Of a stretch of 20,112 nucleotides of DNA, positions 7,744 through 17,011 are shown one piece after another (position 1 is the stretch's first letter; the number at the start of each line of letters is the position of its first letter). The position numbers were made by a program, and so were the translations under genes. The notes under the pieces were generated by a model. It was not told where the DNA came from. It did no database searches and saw nothing but the letters and a program-made list of their open reading frames with translations. The stretch is from Candidatus Eiseniibacteriota bacterium (GTDB lineage: Bacteria > Eisenbacteria > RBG-16-71-46): NCBI GenBank assembly GCA_031370785.1, contig JANMQY010000122.1, forward strand, positions 1 through 20,112, written 5' to 3'.

Positions 7744-8915
7744 CGCGCGGGCGAAGCCTCGCGAGCGATATCCCCGGAATCCACCTCGTCGCGATCGTCG
7801 TACGCCGCATCGGGCGCGGGACCTAAGGTCTCGAGCGCCGCCTGAATCGTGGCGCCACCGAGCACCCGATCGCCTTCGTACATCACGCATAGCTGGCCCG
7901 GCGTGACCGCCGACTGCGGCGTCTCGAAGCGCACCTCCGCGCCACCGTCCGCGCGCGGGTGCACGGTTGCCGCGGCCGGCGGATGATGCGCACGGATCAT
8001 GACCTCGACCCGGGTCCCAGGGCCAGGCGCAGAAGCGCACAGCCAGTTGACTGGCGCGGTCACGAGGCCCGGCGCCTCAAGTGCGCGCCTCGGTCCCACC
8101 ACCACCGCATTGCGCTCCGGCTCGACCGCCAGCACGTACAGCGCCTCGGCGCCGGCAAGCCCGAGCCCGCGCCGCTGTCCGACCGTGTAGTGCACGATCC
8201 CGCGATGCGTGCCAAGGCGTCGGCCATCGCGGTCGAGGAAGGGACCCGGCGCGGTCCCGCGCGTCTCGCCGAGATTCCTGGTCATGAAGCCGGCGTAGTC
8301 GCCGTCAGGGACGAAGCACAGGTCCATGCTCTCGGGCTTGTCCCACAGCGTGAGGCCCAGCCTGCGTCCGTGCTCGCGCACCGCGCTCTTGTCGAGGGCG
8401 CCGAGCGGAAAGCGAACGCGCTGGAGGACGGAATACGGAATGAGCGCGAGCGCGTACGATTGATCCTTGGTGCGGTCGACTGCGCGCAGCAGCGCGCTCG
8501 AGCCGTCGCTCAGGGTCTCGATCCGCGCGTAGTGGCCGGTCGCGAGCGCATCGGCGCCGATCAGCTCCATGCGGCTCACCAGGTCACCGAACTTGAGATG
8601 CTGGTTGCAGAGCGCGCACGGGTAAGGCGTGCGGCCCGCGGCGTAGTCGTCGAGGAACGGCTGGAGCACGCGCGTGCGGAACACGTCCTCGGCCTCGACC
8701 ACGAAGTGCGTGAAGCCCATTTTCTGCGCGACCCCGCGCGCGTCGGCGATCGCATCCAGCGTGCAGCAGGCGCGCGGGCTGACCGGCGACTTGCCATAGC
8801 ACCACAGCTTGAGCGTGACCCCGGTCACCGCGTGACCGGCTTCGGCGAGCAGCGCCGCGGCCACGCCCGAGTCCACCCCGCCGCTCATCGCGGCCAGCAC
8901 CCGGAGCGTGCTCAC
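7740..8915 (-). CDS. mnmA: tRNA 2-thiouridine(34) synthase MnmA
   Basis: AMSGGVDS PP-loop, GRTPYPCALCN, ATGHYAR, KDQSY, KPESMDLCF, YTVGQRRGLG, AVTPGQ. GTG start at 8915 overlaps the desulfurase stop (GTGA). Confidence 0.96.
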   Translation of the reverse strand: MSTLRVLAAMSGGVDSGVAAALLAEAGHAVTGVTLKLWCYGKSPVSPRACCTLDAIADARGVAQKMGFTHFVVEAEDVFRTRVLQPFLDDYAAGRTPYPCALCNQHLKFGDLVSRMELIGADALATGHYARIETLSDGSSALLRAVDRTKDQSYALALIPYSVLQRVRFPLGALDKSAVREHGRRLGLTLWDKPESMDLCFVPDGDYAGFMTRNLGETRGTAPGPFLDRDGRRLGTHRGIVHYTVGQRRGLGLAGAEALYVLAVEPERNAVVVGPRRALEAPGLVTAPVNWLCASAPGPGTRVEVMIRAHHPPAAATVHPRADGGAEVRFETPQSAVTPGQLCVMYEGDRVLGGATIQAALETLGPAPDAAYDDRDEVDSGDIAREASPAR

Positions 8916-10069
8916 GCCCGCACTCCGGCGGCGGTGTCCATGCCGCGAGCCGCACGCACGGCGTAGGCGAGCGCGATCAGCGTCCGCTCCACTTCGTCGG
9001 CGGTCGTGGTGCGGCCCATCGACAGGCGCAGCGCGCACACCGCCAGCTCGCGCGGCACCCCCATCGCCGCGAGCACCGGGGACGGCTCGACGGCTCCGCT
9101 CGCGCAGGCCGCGCCGGCCGAGACCGCGACCTCGCGCGCATCGAGCGCCATCAGCAGCCGGTCGCTGCGCGCACCCGGGTACGAGGCGTTGACAGTGTTG
9201 GGCAGGCGGGGGGCACGCGCGCCGTGCACCACCGCATCCGGCACCACGCTGCGGATGCCCTCTTCGAGACGGTCGCGCAGCGCCAGCAGTCGCGCGCTCT
9301 CGGACGCCAGCTCGCGCGCCGCGCACTCTGCCGCAACGCCGAAGCCGACGATCCCGGGAACGTTCTCGGTGCCTCCACGCAGGCCATGCTCGTGATCGCT
9401 GCCTCGCAGCAGCGACTCGAGCGGCGCGCCCTCACGCACGATCAGCGCACCGACCCCCTTGGGTCCGCCCAGTTTATGCGCCGAGATCACGAGGTAATCC
9501 GCGCCCAGCGCGCGGAGGTCGATCGGCACCTTGCCCGCGGCCTGCACCGCGTCGCAGTGCACGCGCATCCCGCGCGCGTGCGCGCGCTCGGCGACCTCGG
9601 CGACCGGCTGGAGCACGCCGGTCTCGTTGTTGGCGAGCATCAGCGAGACCAGCGTCGTGTCGAGGGGCAGCGTGTCGATCGAGCGCGGATCGAGGAAACC
9701 GTCGGAGTTGACCGGAAGGTGCTCGATCGAATAGCCGAGCCGCGCCAGCACCTGCCCCGCGCCATGCACCGCGTGATGCTCGATCGCCGAGAGGGCGACG
9801 CGCCGGCCTCGCTTCTCGAGCGCCCATGCCGCACCGATCACCGCCTGGTGATCCCCTTCGGTGCCTCCGCTCAGGAAGACGACCTCGCCGGGTTCGGCAT
9901 TCACCAGCCGAGCGACCTGGGCGCGCGCGCGCTCCACCGCCGCGCGGGCGCGCTGACCGTCGCCGTGCAGGCTCGACGGATTGGCGTGCACGTCGGTCAG
10001 GCACGCGCGCATCGCCTCGCGCGCTTCGCGCCGGACCGGAGTGGATGCGTTGTGGTCGAGGTAGATCAT
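8912..10069 (-). CDS. iscS: Cysteine desulfurase (group I, IscS/NifS-like), probably dedicated to MnmA
   Basis: IYLDHNAST, ANNETG, HCDAVQ, SAHK (PLP lysine), RGGTEN, SAGAACASG (catalytic Cys). Confidence 0.93.
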   Translation of the reverse strand: MIYLDHNASTPVRREAREAMRACLTDVHANPSSLHGDGQRARAAVERARAQVARLVNAEPGEVVFLSGGTEGDHQAVIGAAWALEKRGRRVALSAIEHHAVHGAGQVLARLGYSIEHLPVNSDGFLDPRSIDTLPLDTTLVSLMLANNETGVLQPVAEVAERAHARGMRVHCDAVQAAGKVPIDLRALGADYLVISAHKLGGPKGVGALIVREGAPLESLLRGSDHEHGLRGGTENVPGIVGFGVAAECAARELASESARLLALRDRLEEGIRSVVPDAVVHGARAPRLPNTVNASYPGARSDRLLMALDAREVAVSAGAACASGAVEPSPVLAAMGVPRELAVCALRLSMGRTTTADEVERTLIALAYAVRAARGMDTAAGVRA

Positions 10070-10132
10070 CGCCGCCTCATGCGCCGCGGGCGTCGGGGCG
10101 GCCCACCGGGGCGCCCCCCGGCACGGGCGGGG

Positions 10133-10774
10133 TCACTTCTTCTGGACGAATTTCTCCAGCACTTCGATGCTTTCGTTGGCGCTGATCGCTTCGGGAGAGC
10201 CGGGCGCGATCTGCACCACCCTGCGCCACATCCGGATCGCATCGCGATACAGACCCGCGTCGGCGAATGCGACGCCGAGCGTGAAGTACGCGCAGTAGGC
10301 CTTCGGATGATCCTGAACGAGCTTGCGCACCCCATTCATGAACTCGGTGTACTTGCCCTGTGCGTAGTACGAGCTGGCCAGGCGGCACGCGGCAACGGTA
10401 TCGGTCGGCGCGATGGCGAGCGCGTCCAGATAGCGCTTCTGAGCCTCCGCCGGCCTGCCTGCCGCGTCGAATGCGACGCCGAGGTTGACCAGGGTCTTCA
10501 CGTCCCTGGGGCGAACCTGGTTAGCCTTGGCCAGCACCTTCGTGGCTTCGGCGACCCGGTCGCGGTCCAGATAGAGCACGCCCAGCCGATAGAGGTTGTC
10601 GAACCTGGTCGAGTCCCTGGCGACCGCGCGCTCGAGCAGAGCGAGACTGTCGATGACCGCAGGGGCGGGCTTGCCATGCTCCGCAGCCTCCCTGGCCGGA
10701 GGATCGGCAGCCTGGGACGGGCGCGCGACAACCACGAGGCACAGTGCGATGAGAACCGGGACCAGACGCTTCAC
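10133..10774 (-). CDS. Exported tetratricopeptide repeat protein
   Basis: GTG start with RBS GGAG; signal peptide; repeated TPR helices (LYRLGVLY, LVNLGVAF, YFTLGVAF). Confidence 0.85.
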   Translation of the reverse strand: MKRLVPVLIALCLVVVARPSQAADPPAREAAEHGKPAPAVIDSLALLERAVARDSTRFDNLYRLGVLYLDRDRVAEATKVLAKANQVRPRDVKTLVNLGVAFDAAGRPAEAQKRYLDALAIAPTDTVAACRLASSYYAQGKYTEFMNGVRKLVQDHPKAYCAYFTLGVAFADAGLYRDAIRMWRRVVQIAPGSPEAISANESIEVLEKFVQKK

Positions 10775-10814
10775 GTGCGATCTCCTCCGCGAAAGGTGGA
10801 CAAACGTTGCGGTG

Positions 10815-10823
10815 AGGATAGCA
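10815..10823 (-). promoter_or_regulatory. Extended -10 promoter candidate for TPR-iscS-mnmA-methyltransferase genes
   Basis: Minus strand TGC-TATCCT about 40 nt upstream of the TPR start. Confidence 0.45.
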
Positions 10824-10937
10824 CGCGGCCCGGTGAGTCCCGAAAAGCTGCCCTTCCGAGCAAGCGGGCGCGCTGGACGCCCGCCCCGGCGCGCCTGGCG
10901 GGCATCGGCGGCGGTGGTTCACATGCGCCTGGCGCGC

Positions 10938-12149
10938 CTACACCAGCTGCGTGGCCGCCCGCACCAGCGCCTGATCGAGGTCGGCCCACAGATCTTCGAC
11001 GTCCTCGATACCCACCGAGAGCCGGACCAGCCCCTCCGGGATGCCGGCGCGCGCACGGCCTTCCGGCCCGAGCTGGATCTGCGAGGTGAAGGCGGGCAGC
11101 GAAGCCAGCGACTCGACTCCGCCCAGGCTCGGCGCATGTCGCACCAGCTGGAACGCGTTCACGGTCTGCTCGGCGGCCGGCGCGCCGCCGCGCACTTCGA
11201 ACGCCACGATCGGCCCGAAGCCGTTACTCATCTGGCGCGCGGCGAGTGCGTGCTGCGGGTGCGAGGCAAGACCGGCGTACAACACACTCGCGACCCCCGG
11301 GTGCGTGGCGAGGCGCGCCGCCAGCTCGAGCGCGTTCGCGTTCTGCGCGCGTACGCGCAGCGGCAGCGTCTTGAGGCTGCGCTCGACGGTCCACGCGACC
11401 TCGGGCGACGCCAGCGCGCCGAAGGTCTTGCGCACTTTCCACACCGCCTCGATCGCCGAGGCGGGTCCGGTGACCGCGCCCGCGATCAGGTCCGCGTGTC
11501 CGCCGATCGACTTGGTGGCGCTGTAGAGCACGAGGTCCGCGCCGAGCTCGAGCGGGCGCTGACCGACCGGCGAGGCGAACGTATTGTCCACGGTGAGCTT
11601 CGCGCCGTGCGCGTGCGCGAGCTTCGCCGCCGCCGCGAGGTCCACGATCGCGTTGACCGGATTGGTCGGTGACTCGACGTGCAGAAGGCGCGTGCGCGGC
11701 GTGAACGCCGCGGCCCAGCGCTCGGGTTCGCGCGCATCCACCAGCGTCGCGGACCAGCCGAGTCGCTCCTCGCCCCAGTGGAGCAGGTCGTGCGTGCCGC
11801 CGTAGCTCTGGTGCAGCGTGATCACGTGGTCGCCGCTCGAGAGCAACGACAGGAATGCCGAGGAGATCGCGGCCATGCCCGAGGCGAACAGGAGCGCGTC
11901 CTCTGCCCCGTCGATCTCGGCGAGACGGCGCTCGCACGCGCGCACGGTCGGATGTCCGGTGCGCTGGTAATACGCGCTGTCGCGGCCGAGCGCCTGCTCG
12001 GCGTTCATCGCCGCGAGGTTCGCGAACGAGAAGGTCGCCGAGTGCACGATCGGCGTGCTCATCGGGCCGGGCTTCACCTGATGCGCTCCATGCACGGCAC
12101 GAGTGCTGGGGCCACGGGCGGGACGGGGCTTCTTGCCGGACTCGGACAC
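10938..12149 (-). CDS. Cys/Met metabolism PLP-dependent enzyme (cystathionine gamma-synthase/lyase family)
   Basis: YQRTGHPT, FASGMAAI, YGGT, ESPTNP, DNTFASP, SATK (PLP lysine), SLGGVESL, RLSVGIED; RBS GGAGGA before the GTG start. Confidence 0.92.
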   Translation of the reverse strand: MSESGKKPRPARGPSTRAVHGAHQVKPGPMSTPIVHSATFSFANLAAMNAEQALGRDSAYYQRTGHPTVRACERRLAEIDGAEDALLFASGMAAISSAFLSLLSSGDHVITLHQSYGGTHDLLHWGEERLGWSATLVDAREPERWAAAFTPRTRLLHVESPTNPVNAIVDLAAAAKLAHAHGAKLTVDNTFASPVGQRPLELGADLVLYSATKSIGGHADLIAGAVTGPASAIEAVWKVRKTFGALASPEVAWTVERSLKTLPLRVRAQNANALELAARLATHPGVASVLYAGLASHPQHALAARQMSNGFGPIVAFEVRGGAPAAEQTVNAFQLVRHAPSLGGVESLASLPAFTSQIQLGPEGRARAGIPEGLVRLSVGIEDVEDLWADLDQALVRAATQLV

Positions 12150-12218
12150 GATTCCTCCACTTCAGTCGGTTGGCGGGATGCAGCGGCTCGGCTAGAGTTC
12201 GCCAGACGCGAACCCACC

Positions 12219-13271
12219 ATGTCAAACCTTCCCCTGGTCGATCCCGCTGCGGTCTCGCGCGTGCTGCTGGTGCGCCCGCGCTTCCTCGGCGACGTGTGCC
12301 TGACCCTGCCGGCGCTGGATGCGATCCGCGCGGCATGTCCGCGCGCCCGGGTCGCGTACCTGCTCGAGCGTGACAGCGCGCCGCTGCTCGAGGGCGATCC
12401 GCGGGTGGACACGCTCATCACCGTTCCGCCGCATCCCGACCCGCGGGCGACGCTAGCGTTGGTCCGCAGGCTGCGCGAGTTCGCGCCCGAGGTGGCGTTT
12501 GATTTTTTCTGCAATCCGCGCACTGCCGTCTGGACGCGCCTTTCCGACGCGCGGATCCGGGTCGGCTACCCGAACAAGGGCTGGCGCTCCTCGCTCTACA
12601 CGCACCATGCGCGGCCGCGCACGCTCTCGGCGATCGGATTCCACCTCGCGTCGCTGGAGGCACTCGGCTGGCCTGCGCCCCACGGCGTGCCGCGCCTTCA
12701 CATCGGAGAGCCGGCGCGGGCCGAGGCCGACGCCGCACTCGCTAAGCTCGGCGTCGCGCCGGATGCGCCGATCGCGGGATTTCATCCGGGCGCACGCTGG
12801 CCGACCCGGCGCTGGGCGCCCTCGAACTTCACCGCGCTCGCCGCGCGCTTCCTCGCCGCTCAGCCCCGGGGAGTCGCGCTCGTGACCGGCGGACCGGGCG
12901 AAGAAGACGCGGTCCGCGCGATCGTCGGGAAGCTCCCGCCGGGCCGCGCCCATGCGGTCGTGGGATGGCCAATCGCACGCTTCGTCGCGCTGCAGGCCCG
13001 CTGCCGTGCGTTCGTGTGCGGAGACACCGGGCCGCTTCACACCGCGGTCGCGGCCGGTGCTCCGACGCTGGGTCTGATCTCGCGCAACCGGCCCGCGATG
13101 TTCTTCCCCTACCCCGAGTCGCACGGACACCGCGCGTACTACGCGCGCGTCGAGTGCAGCCCGTGCCACCGCGACCTGTGCGACGACCTGCGTTGCCTCG
13201 AACGCCTGACTGTCGAGGGCGCCTGGCAGCTCCTGTCCGGCATCCTCGCGCAGGGAGCGCCCGGCGCGTAG
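12219..13271 (+). CDS. Glycosyltransferase family 9 (LPS heptosyltransferase-like)
   Basis: VLLVRPRFLGDV, FHPGARWPTRRW, CGDTGPLHTAVAAG, C-terminal CSPC...C...CL; start placed at ATG 12219. Confidence 0.9.
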   Translation: MSNLPLVDPAAVSRVLLVRPRFLGDVCLTLPALDAIRAACPRARVAYLLERDSAPLLEGDPRVDTLITVPPHPDPRATLALVRRLREFAPEVAFDFFCNPRTAVWTRLSDARIRVGYPNKGWRSSLYTHHARPRTLSAIGFHLASLEALGWPAPHGVPRLHIGEPARAEADAALAKLGVAPDAPIAGFHPGARWPTRRWAPSNFTALAARFLAAQPRGVALVTGGPGEEDAVRAIVGKLPPGRAHAVVGWPIARFVALQARCRAFVCGDTGPLHTAVAAGAPTLGLISRNRPAMFFPYPESHGHRAYYARVECSPCHRDLCDDLRCLERLTVEGAWQLLSGILAQGAPGA

Positions 13272-13272
13272 G

Positions 13273-14079
13273 ATGCCGAGCATGCGCCCCCTCATCACAT
13301 TCTGCTCGGACTTTGGCCTCGACGACTGGTTCGTCGCCGTCGTGCACGGCGTGCTTCACGGGATCTGCCCCGAGTCGCGCATCGTGGATCTGACGCACAC
13401 CATCCCGCCAGGCGCGGTGGATCGCGCCGCGTTCGTGCTCGAGGCCGCGGCGCCCGACTTTCCGCCCGGCACGATGCACCTCGGGGTGGTGGATCCCGGC
13501 GTCGGCACCGCGCGCCGCGCGCTGGCGGTGAGCGCGCATCGCCAGCTCTTCGTGGGGCCCGACAATGGGCTGCTCGGATGGGCGCTCGCCGATCCTTCGG
13601 CCGAGATCTACGAGCTGGTCGAACCGAAATTCTTCCGCCAGCCGGTGAGCCGCACGTTTCACGGGCGCGACGTGTTCGCGCCGGTTGCGGCGCACCTCGC
13701 GCTCGGCGTCGAGATCGCCTCGTTCGGCCCGCGCGTCCGCGATCCGGTGCGCCTTCCGTCCGCCGATGCGGTGGTGCGTGACGGTCAGCTGGTGGGCCGG
13801 GTCATGCGCATCGACCGGTTCGGCAACGCGCTCACCAACATCCACGAGACCGCGATCGCTTCGGCATTCCCCGGGGCGACCGAGCGCGATCTCGCGGTAG
13901 TGGTCGGACGCCGCCGCATCGAGGGCGTGGCGCGATCCTACGGGGACGCGCCGATCGGAACGGTGGTCGCGATCATGGGCTCGAGCGGCCGGCTCGAGAT
14001 CGCGCAGGTCGGCGGCGCGGTCGCCGAATATCTCGGCGTGGGCGAAGGCGATTCCGTGAGAGTGGCGCGCCGGGGCTGA
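13273..14079 (+). CDS. SAM hydroxide adenosyltransferase (DUF62; chlorinase/fluorinase superfamily)
   Basis: SDFG, DLTH, VVDPGVGTARR, GPDNG, TFHGRDVFAP, IDRFGN; alternative start ATG 13282. Confidence 0.92.
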   Translation: MPSMRPLITFCSDFGLDDWFVAVVHGVLHGICPESRIVDLTHTIPPGAVDRAAFVLEAAAPDFPPGTMHLGVVDPGVGTARRALAVSAHRQLFVGPDNGLLGWALADPSAEIYELVEPKFFRQPVSRTFHGRDVFAPVAAHLALGVEIASFGPRVRDPVRLPSADAVVRDGQLVGRVMRIDRFGNALTNIHETAIASAFPGATERDLAVVVGRRRIEGVARSYGDAPIGTVVAIMGSSGRLEIAQVGGAVAEYLGVGEGDSVRVARRG

Positions 14080-14117
14080 TCGCGCCCGCGAACCCCCTCA
14101 TCCAATCAGGATGAAAT

Positions 14118-14152
14118 CACGAAGCCCCGGTCTCTCGGACCGGGGCTTCGTG
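14118..14152. terminator. Strong hairpin between convergent genes, probably a bidirectional terminator
   Basis: Perfect 15-bp stem CACGAAGCCCCGGTC-TCTCG-GACCGGGGCTTCGTG; followed by ATTT on the minus strand. Confidence 0.8.
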
Positions 14153-14184
14153 CAAATCGTGCTGCGGTGCCGTTCGCGGGCGAT

Positions 14185-15807
14185 CTAGGGTCCGGTCGTG
14201 GTCCGCCGCGAGGCATCCGGCGTCAGCGACATGACCTTGCTCGCACGCGGGAACAGGTCGAGCGCCGCCTGCAGCTGCGTGTCGTCTTCGACCAGGATGC
14301 GGTAGCGCTCCTGAGAGCCAAGCGTGGCGCTTGCGAGCTCGGCACGCGTCTGGCGCAGCATGAAGTCGTGATCCGCCTTCCACACCGAATCGGTGATCGC
14401 GACCTTCTGCTTCTCCATGGTCTTGCGCAGCTCTCCCCATTCGATCGGGCTCAGATCGAATGTGCGATCGAGCACCTGTGGCGTCCACTTCTGTTCCCTG
14501 TGGCGGTTCACGTAGTGGGTCGCGAACTCGAAGAACGCGCGCTTGTTGATCATGTCGATCTGGGGCCGGGTCAGGTTCGGCGGCTCCTTGACCAGAACGT
14601 CCGGATAGATCCCGCCGCCGCCGTACACGATGCGCCCGCCGGCGGTCTTGAACTTGGGCCGCGTCGCCAGCACCGAATCGGTCGGCACGTCGTTCTTGAA
14701 GGCGTCGGCGACGTATTCGGACTGGTCGCCGAACTTCGAGTAGTCCCGCTGGATCAGCCGGCCACTCGGCGTGTAGTAGTGCGCGATGGTGAGCAGCAGC
14801 TTGGATCCGTCGTTGAGCCGGATCTGGTTCTGAACCAGACCCTTGCCGAACGAATTCGTGCCCACGACGAGCCCGCGGTCCAGATCCTGGATCGCGCCCG
14901 ACACGATCTCGGAAGCCGAGGCGCTGCCATGGTCGATGAGCACCACGACCGGCGCGTCGTTCAGCTTGGGACGCTCGCTGCTCTTGTAGTCGGCATTCGC
15001 CGACGGGATGCGGCCACGGGTGTAGACCAGCAGCCGGTTGGACGGCACCAGCTGATCGAGCACGTCCACCGCCTCGCTCAGCAGCCCTCCACCGTTCGAG
15101 CGCAGGTCGACCAGCAGATCCTTCATGCCCTGTGCGCGCAGCTTCGAGATCGCGGTCTCCAGCTCCTGCCCGGTGGTCTGCGCGAAGCGGATGACGCGCA
15201 CGTAGCCGACGCCCGGCCGGATCATGTAGGCGTAGGGCACGCTCTCGATCGGGATCTTGGCGCGCTGGACGTTGAAGATCAGATCTTCGGTTTCACCTTC
15301 GCGCTGCACGTTCAGCACCACGAGGCTTCCGGTCGGGCCGCGCAGCAGTTTGAACACGCCGTCGGTGGTCAGCGTCTTCTCGAGCGGCTTGCCGTTCACC
15401 TGGATGATGCGGTCGCCAGCGCGCATGCCCAGCCGGTGTGCCGGAGTGCCCTCGAGTGGGGCGATCACCACGATCGCGCCGTCGCGCAGCTCGAACTGGA
15501 TGCCGATGCCCGAGTACTCGCCGTGGAATTCCTCGTCCATTCGTTCGGCGCGCTGCGGCGGCAGGAACACCGAGTGCGGATCGAGTGTCTTGAGCATCCC
15601 GTCGATCGCGCCCTTGATGAGTTTCTCGTTGTTGGGCGCCTCGACGTAGTTGTTCTGCACCAGGTACAGGACCTGGGAGAACAGATCGAGGTTGCTCTTC
15701 AGGTCGTCGGTGGCGTGCAGCCCCCGCGCGAGGCCGAAGCCCAGCAGCAGCGAGAGCGCCATGCCGGCGCCGAGTGGTCCGAGCGAGTTCTTCCGAATGA
15801 AAGGCAT
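14185..15807 (-). CDS. ctpA: S41 family carboxy-terminal processing protease
   Basis: LDPHS, PDZ (GIGI...GDRI), DLRSNGGG, SASASE (Ser), FGKG (Lys), YYTPSGR; N-terminal hydrophobic signal/anchor. Confidence 0.93.
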   Translation of the reverse strand: MPFIRKNSLGPLGAGMALSLLLGFGLARGLHATDDLKSNLDLFSQVLYLVQNNYVEAPNNEKLIKGAIDGMLKTLDPHSVFLPPQRAERMDEEFHGEYSGIGIQFELRDGAIVVIAPLEGTPAHRLGMRAGDRIIQVNGKPLEKTLTTDGVFKLLRGPTGSLVVLNVQREGETEDLIFNVQRAKIPIESVPYAYMIRPGVGYVRVIRFAQTTGQELETAISKLRAQGMKDLLVDLRSNGGGLLSEAVDVLDQLVPSNRLLVYTRGRIPSANADYKSSERPKLNDAPVVVLIDHGSASASEIVSGAIQDLDRGLVVGTNSFGKGLVQNQIRLNDGSKLLLTIAHYYTPSGRLIQRDYSKFGDQSEYVADAFKNDVPTDSVLATRPKFKTAGGRIVYGGGGIYPDVLVKEPPNLTRPQIDMINKRAFFEFATHYVNRHREQKWTPQVLDRTFDLSPIEWGELRKTMEKQKVAITDSVWKADHDFMLRQTRAELASATLGSQERYRILVEDDTQLQAALDLFPRASKVMSLTPDASRRTTTGP

Positions 15808-15835
15808 GAGGTGGGGTCCTAAAGGTGTATGGGTG

Positions 15836-17011
15836 TCAGGTCGCCGGCGTGCGATCTGCGAGGCGACTCAGCCGTTCCGCGGCTGCCTCCAGAGTCTCAC
15901 GCCGTCGGGCGAAGTGAAAGCGAAGGCGCTGCCGTCCGTCGGCCGGATTGGAATAAAAGCTCGAACCCGGCACCGCGGCCACGCCGACCTCGCTCACCAG
16001 ATGGCGGGCGAAGGTCACGTCGTCGGCGAAGCCGAAGCCCGAGATGTCGGTCATCACGTAATACGCTCCGCGAGGCCGGAACGTCTTGAAGCCAGCGGCT
16101 TCGAGAGCCGGGATCAGAAAGTCGCGGCGCTCGCGATAACGCTCCGCGAGCATCCGGTAATACTCGTCTCCCATCTCCAGCGCCATCGCCACCGCCTCCT
16201 GCAGGGGAGCCGGGGCTCCGACCGTCAGGAAGTCGTGAACCTTGCGGATCGCCCCGCTCAGCCGCTCGGGAGCGAGGCACCAGCCCACGCGCCATCCGGT
16301 CACACCATAGGTCTTCGATGCGCCACTCAGGGTCACGGTGCGCTCGCGCATTCCCTCGAGCGTCGCAAGCGACACGTGGGCCGCGCCCTCATAGAGAATG
16401 TGCTCGTAGATCTCGTCGGTCACCGCGATCACGTCCCACTTGCGGCACAGCGCCGCGATTCCTTCGAGCTCCGTACGACTGAAGACCTTGCCGGTCGGAT
16501 TGTTGGGCGTATTGATGACGATCGCGCGGGTGCGGTTGGAGAACGCGGCCTCGAGCTCGGCGGGATCATAGGTCCAGTTGGGTTCACGCAGCCGGACGAA
16601 GCGCGGAGTCGCGCCGCACAGGATCGCATCCGGGCCGTAGTTCTCGTAGTAGGGCTCGAACACGATCACCTCGTCGCCTGGATCCACCAGCGCGAGCAGC
16701 GTCGCCGCCATGCACTCGGTGGTCCCGCAGCACACCGTCACGTCGGTCTCGGAGTCGTATTCGATGCCGGCGAAGCGACGAGTCTTGGCCACGATCGCGT
16801 CGCGCAGTCGCTTGGCGCCCCAGGTGATCGTGTACTGATTGACGTCGTTGCGGATCGCGGCCGCCGCGGCCAGCTTGATCGCCTCCGGTGCGGGGAAATC
16901 CGGGAAGCCCTGCGCGAGGTTGACGCCGTCGTAGCGCTGGCAGAGCCGCGTCATCTCGCGGATGACGGACTCGGTGAAGAGCCGGCTGCGTTGGGATACC
17001 GGATCACGCAT
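15836..17011 (-). CDS. PLP-dependent aminotransferase class I/II (YbdL/MtnE-like)
   Basis: VNLAQGFPDF, NTPNNPTG, DEIY, SKTYGVTGWRVG. Confidence 0.92.
   Translation of the reverse strand: MRDPVSQRSRLFTESVIREMTRLCQRYDGVNLAQGFPDFPAPEAIKLAAAAAIRNDVNQYTITWGAKRLRDAIVAKTRRFAGIEYDSETDVTVCCGTTECMAATLLALVDPGDEVIVFEPYYENYGPDAILCGATPRFVRLREPNWTYDPAELEAAFSNRTRAIVINTPNNPTGKVFSRTELEGIAALCRKWDVIAVTDEIYEHILYEGAAHVSLATLEGMRERTVTLSGASKTYGVTGWRVGWCLAPERLSGAIRKVHDFLTVGAPAPLQEAVAMALEMGDEYYRMLAERYRERRDFLIPALEAAGFKTFRPRGAYYVMTDISGFGFADDVTFARHLVSEVGVAAVPGSSFYSNPADGRQRLRFHFARRRETLEAAAERLSRLADRTPAT

Noticed and set aside
10066..10080. Mini-ORF MRRR overlapping the desulfurase start, as a possible leader peptide
   Set aside because: It is explained by the GAGG ribosome-binding site of the desulfurase; no attenuator structure was seen.
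10860..10937. Short GGCGCGCC/GCGCCTGGCG repeats and a 7-bp hairpin
   Set aside because: Too short and GC-rich to exceed chance; no repeat-spacer periodicity, so not CRISPR or REP.
13273..14079. Possible fluorinase or chlorinase
   Set aside because: It retains the Asp (VVDP), Arg (GTARR) and His (TFHGRD) residues typical of SAM hydrolases, and no secondary-metabolite genes are nearby.
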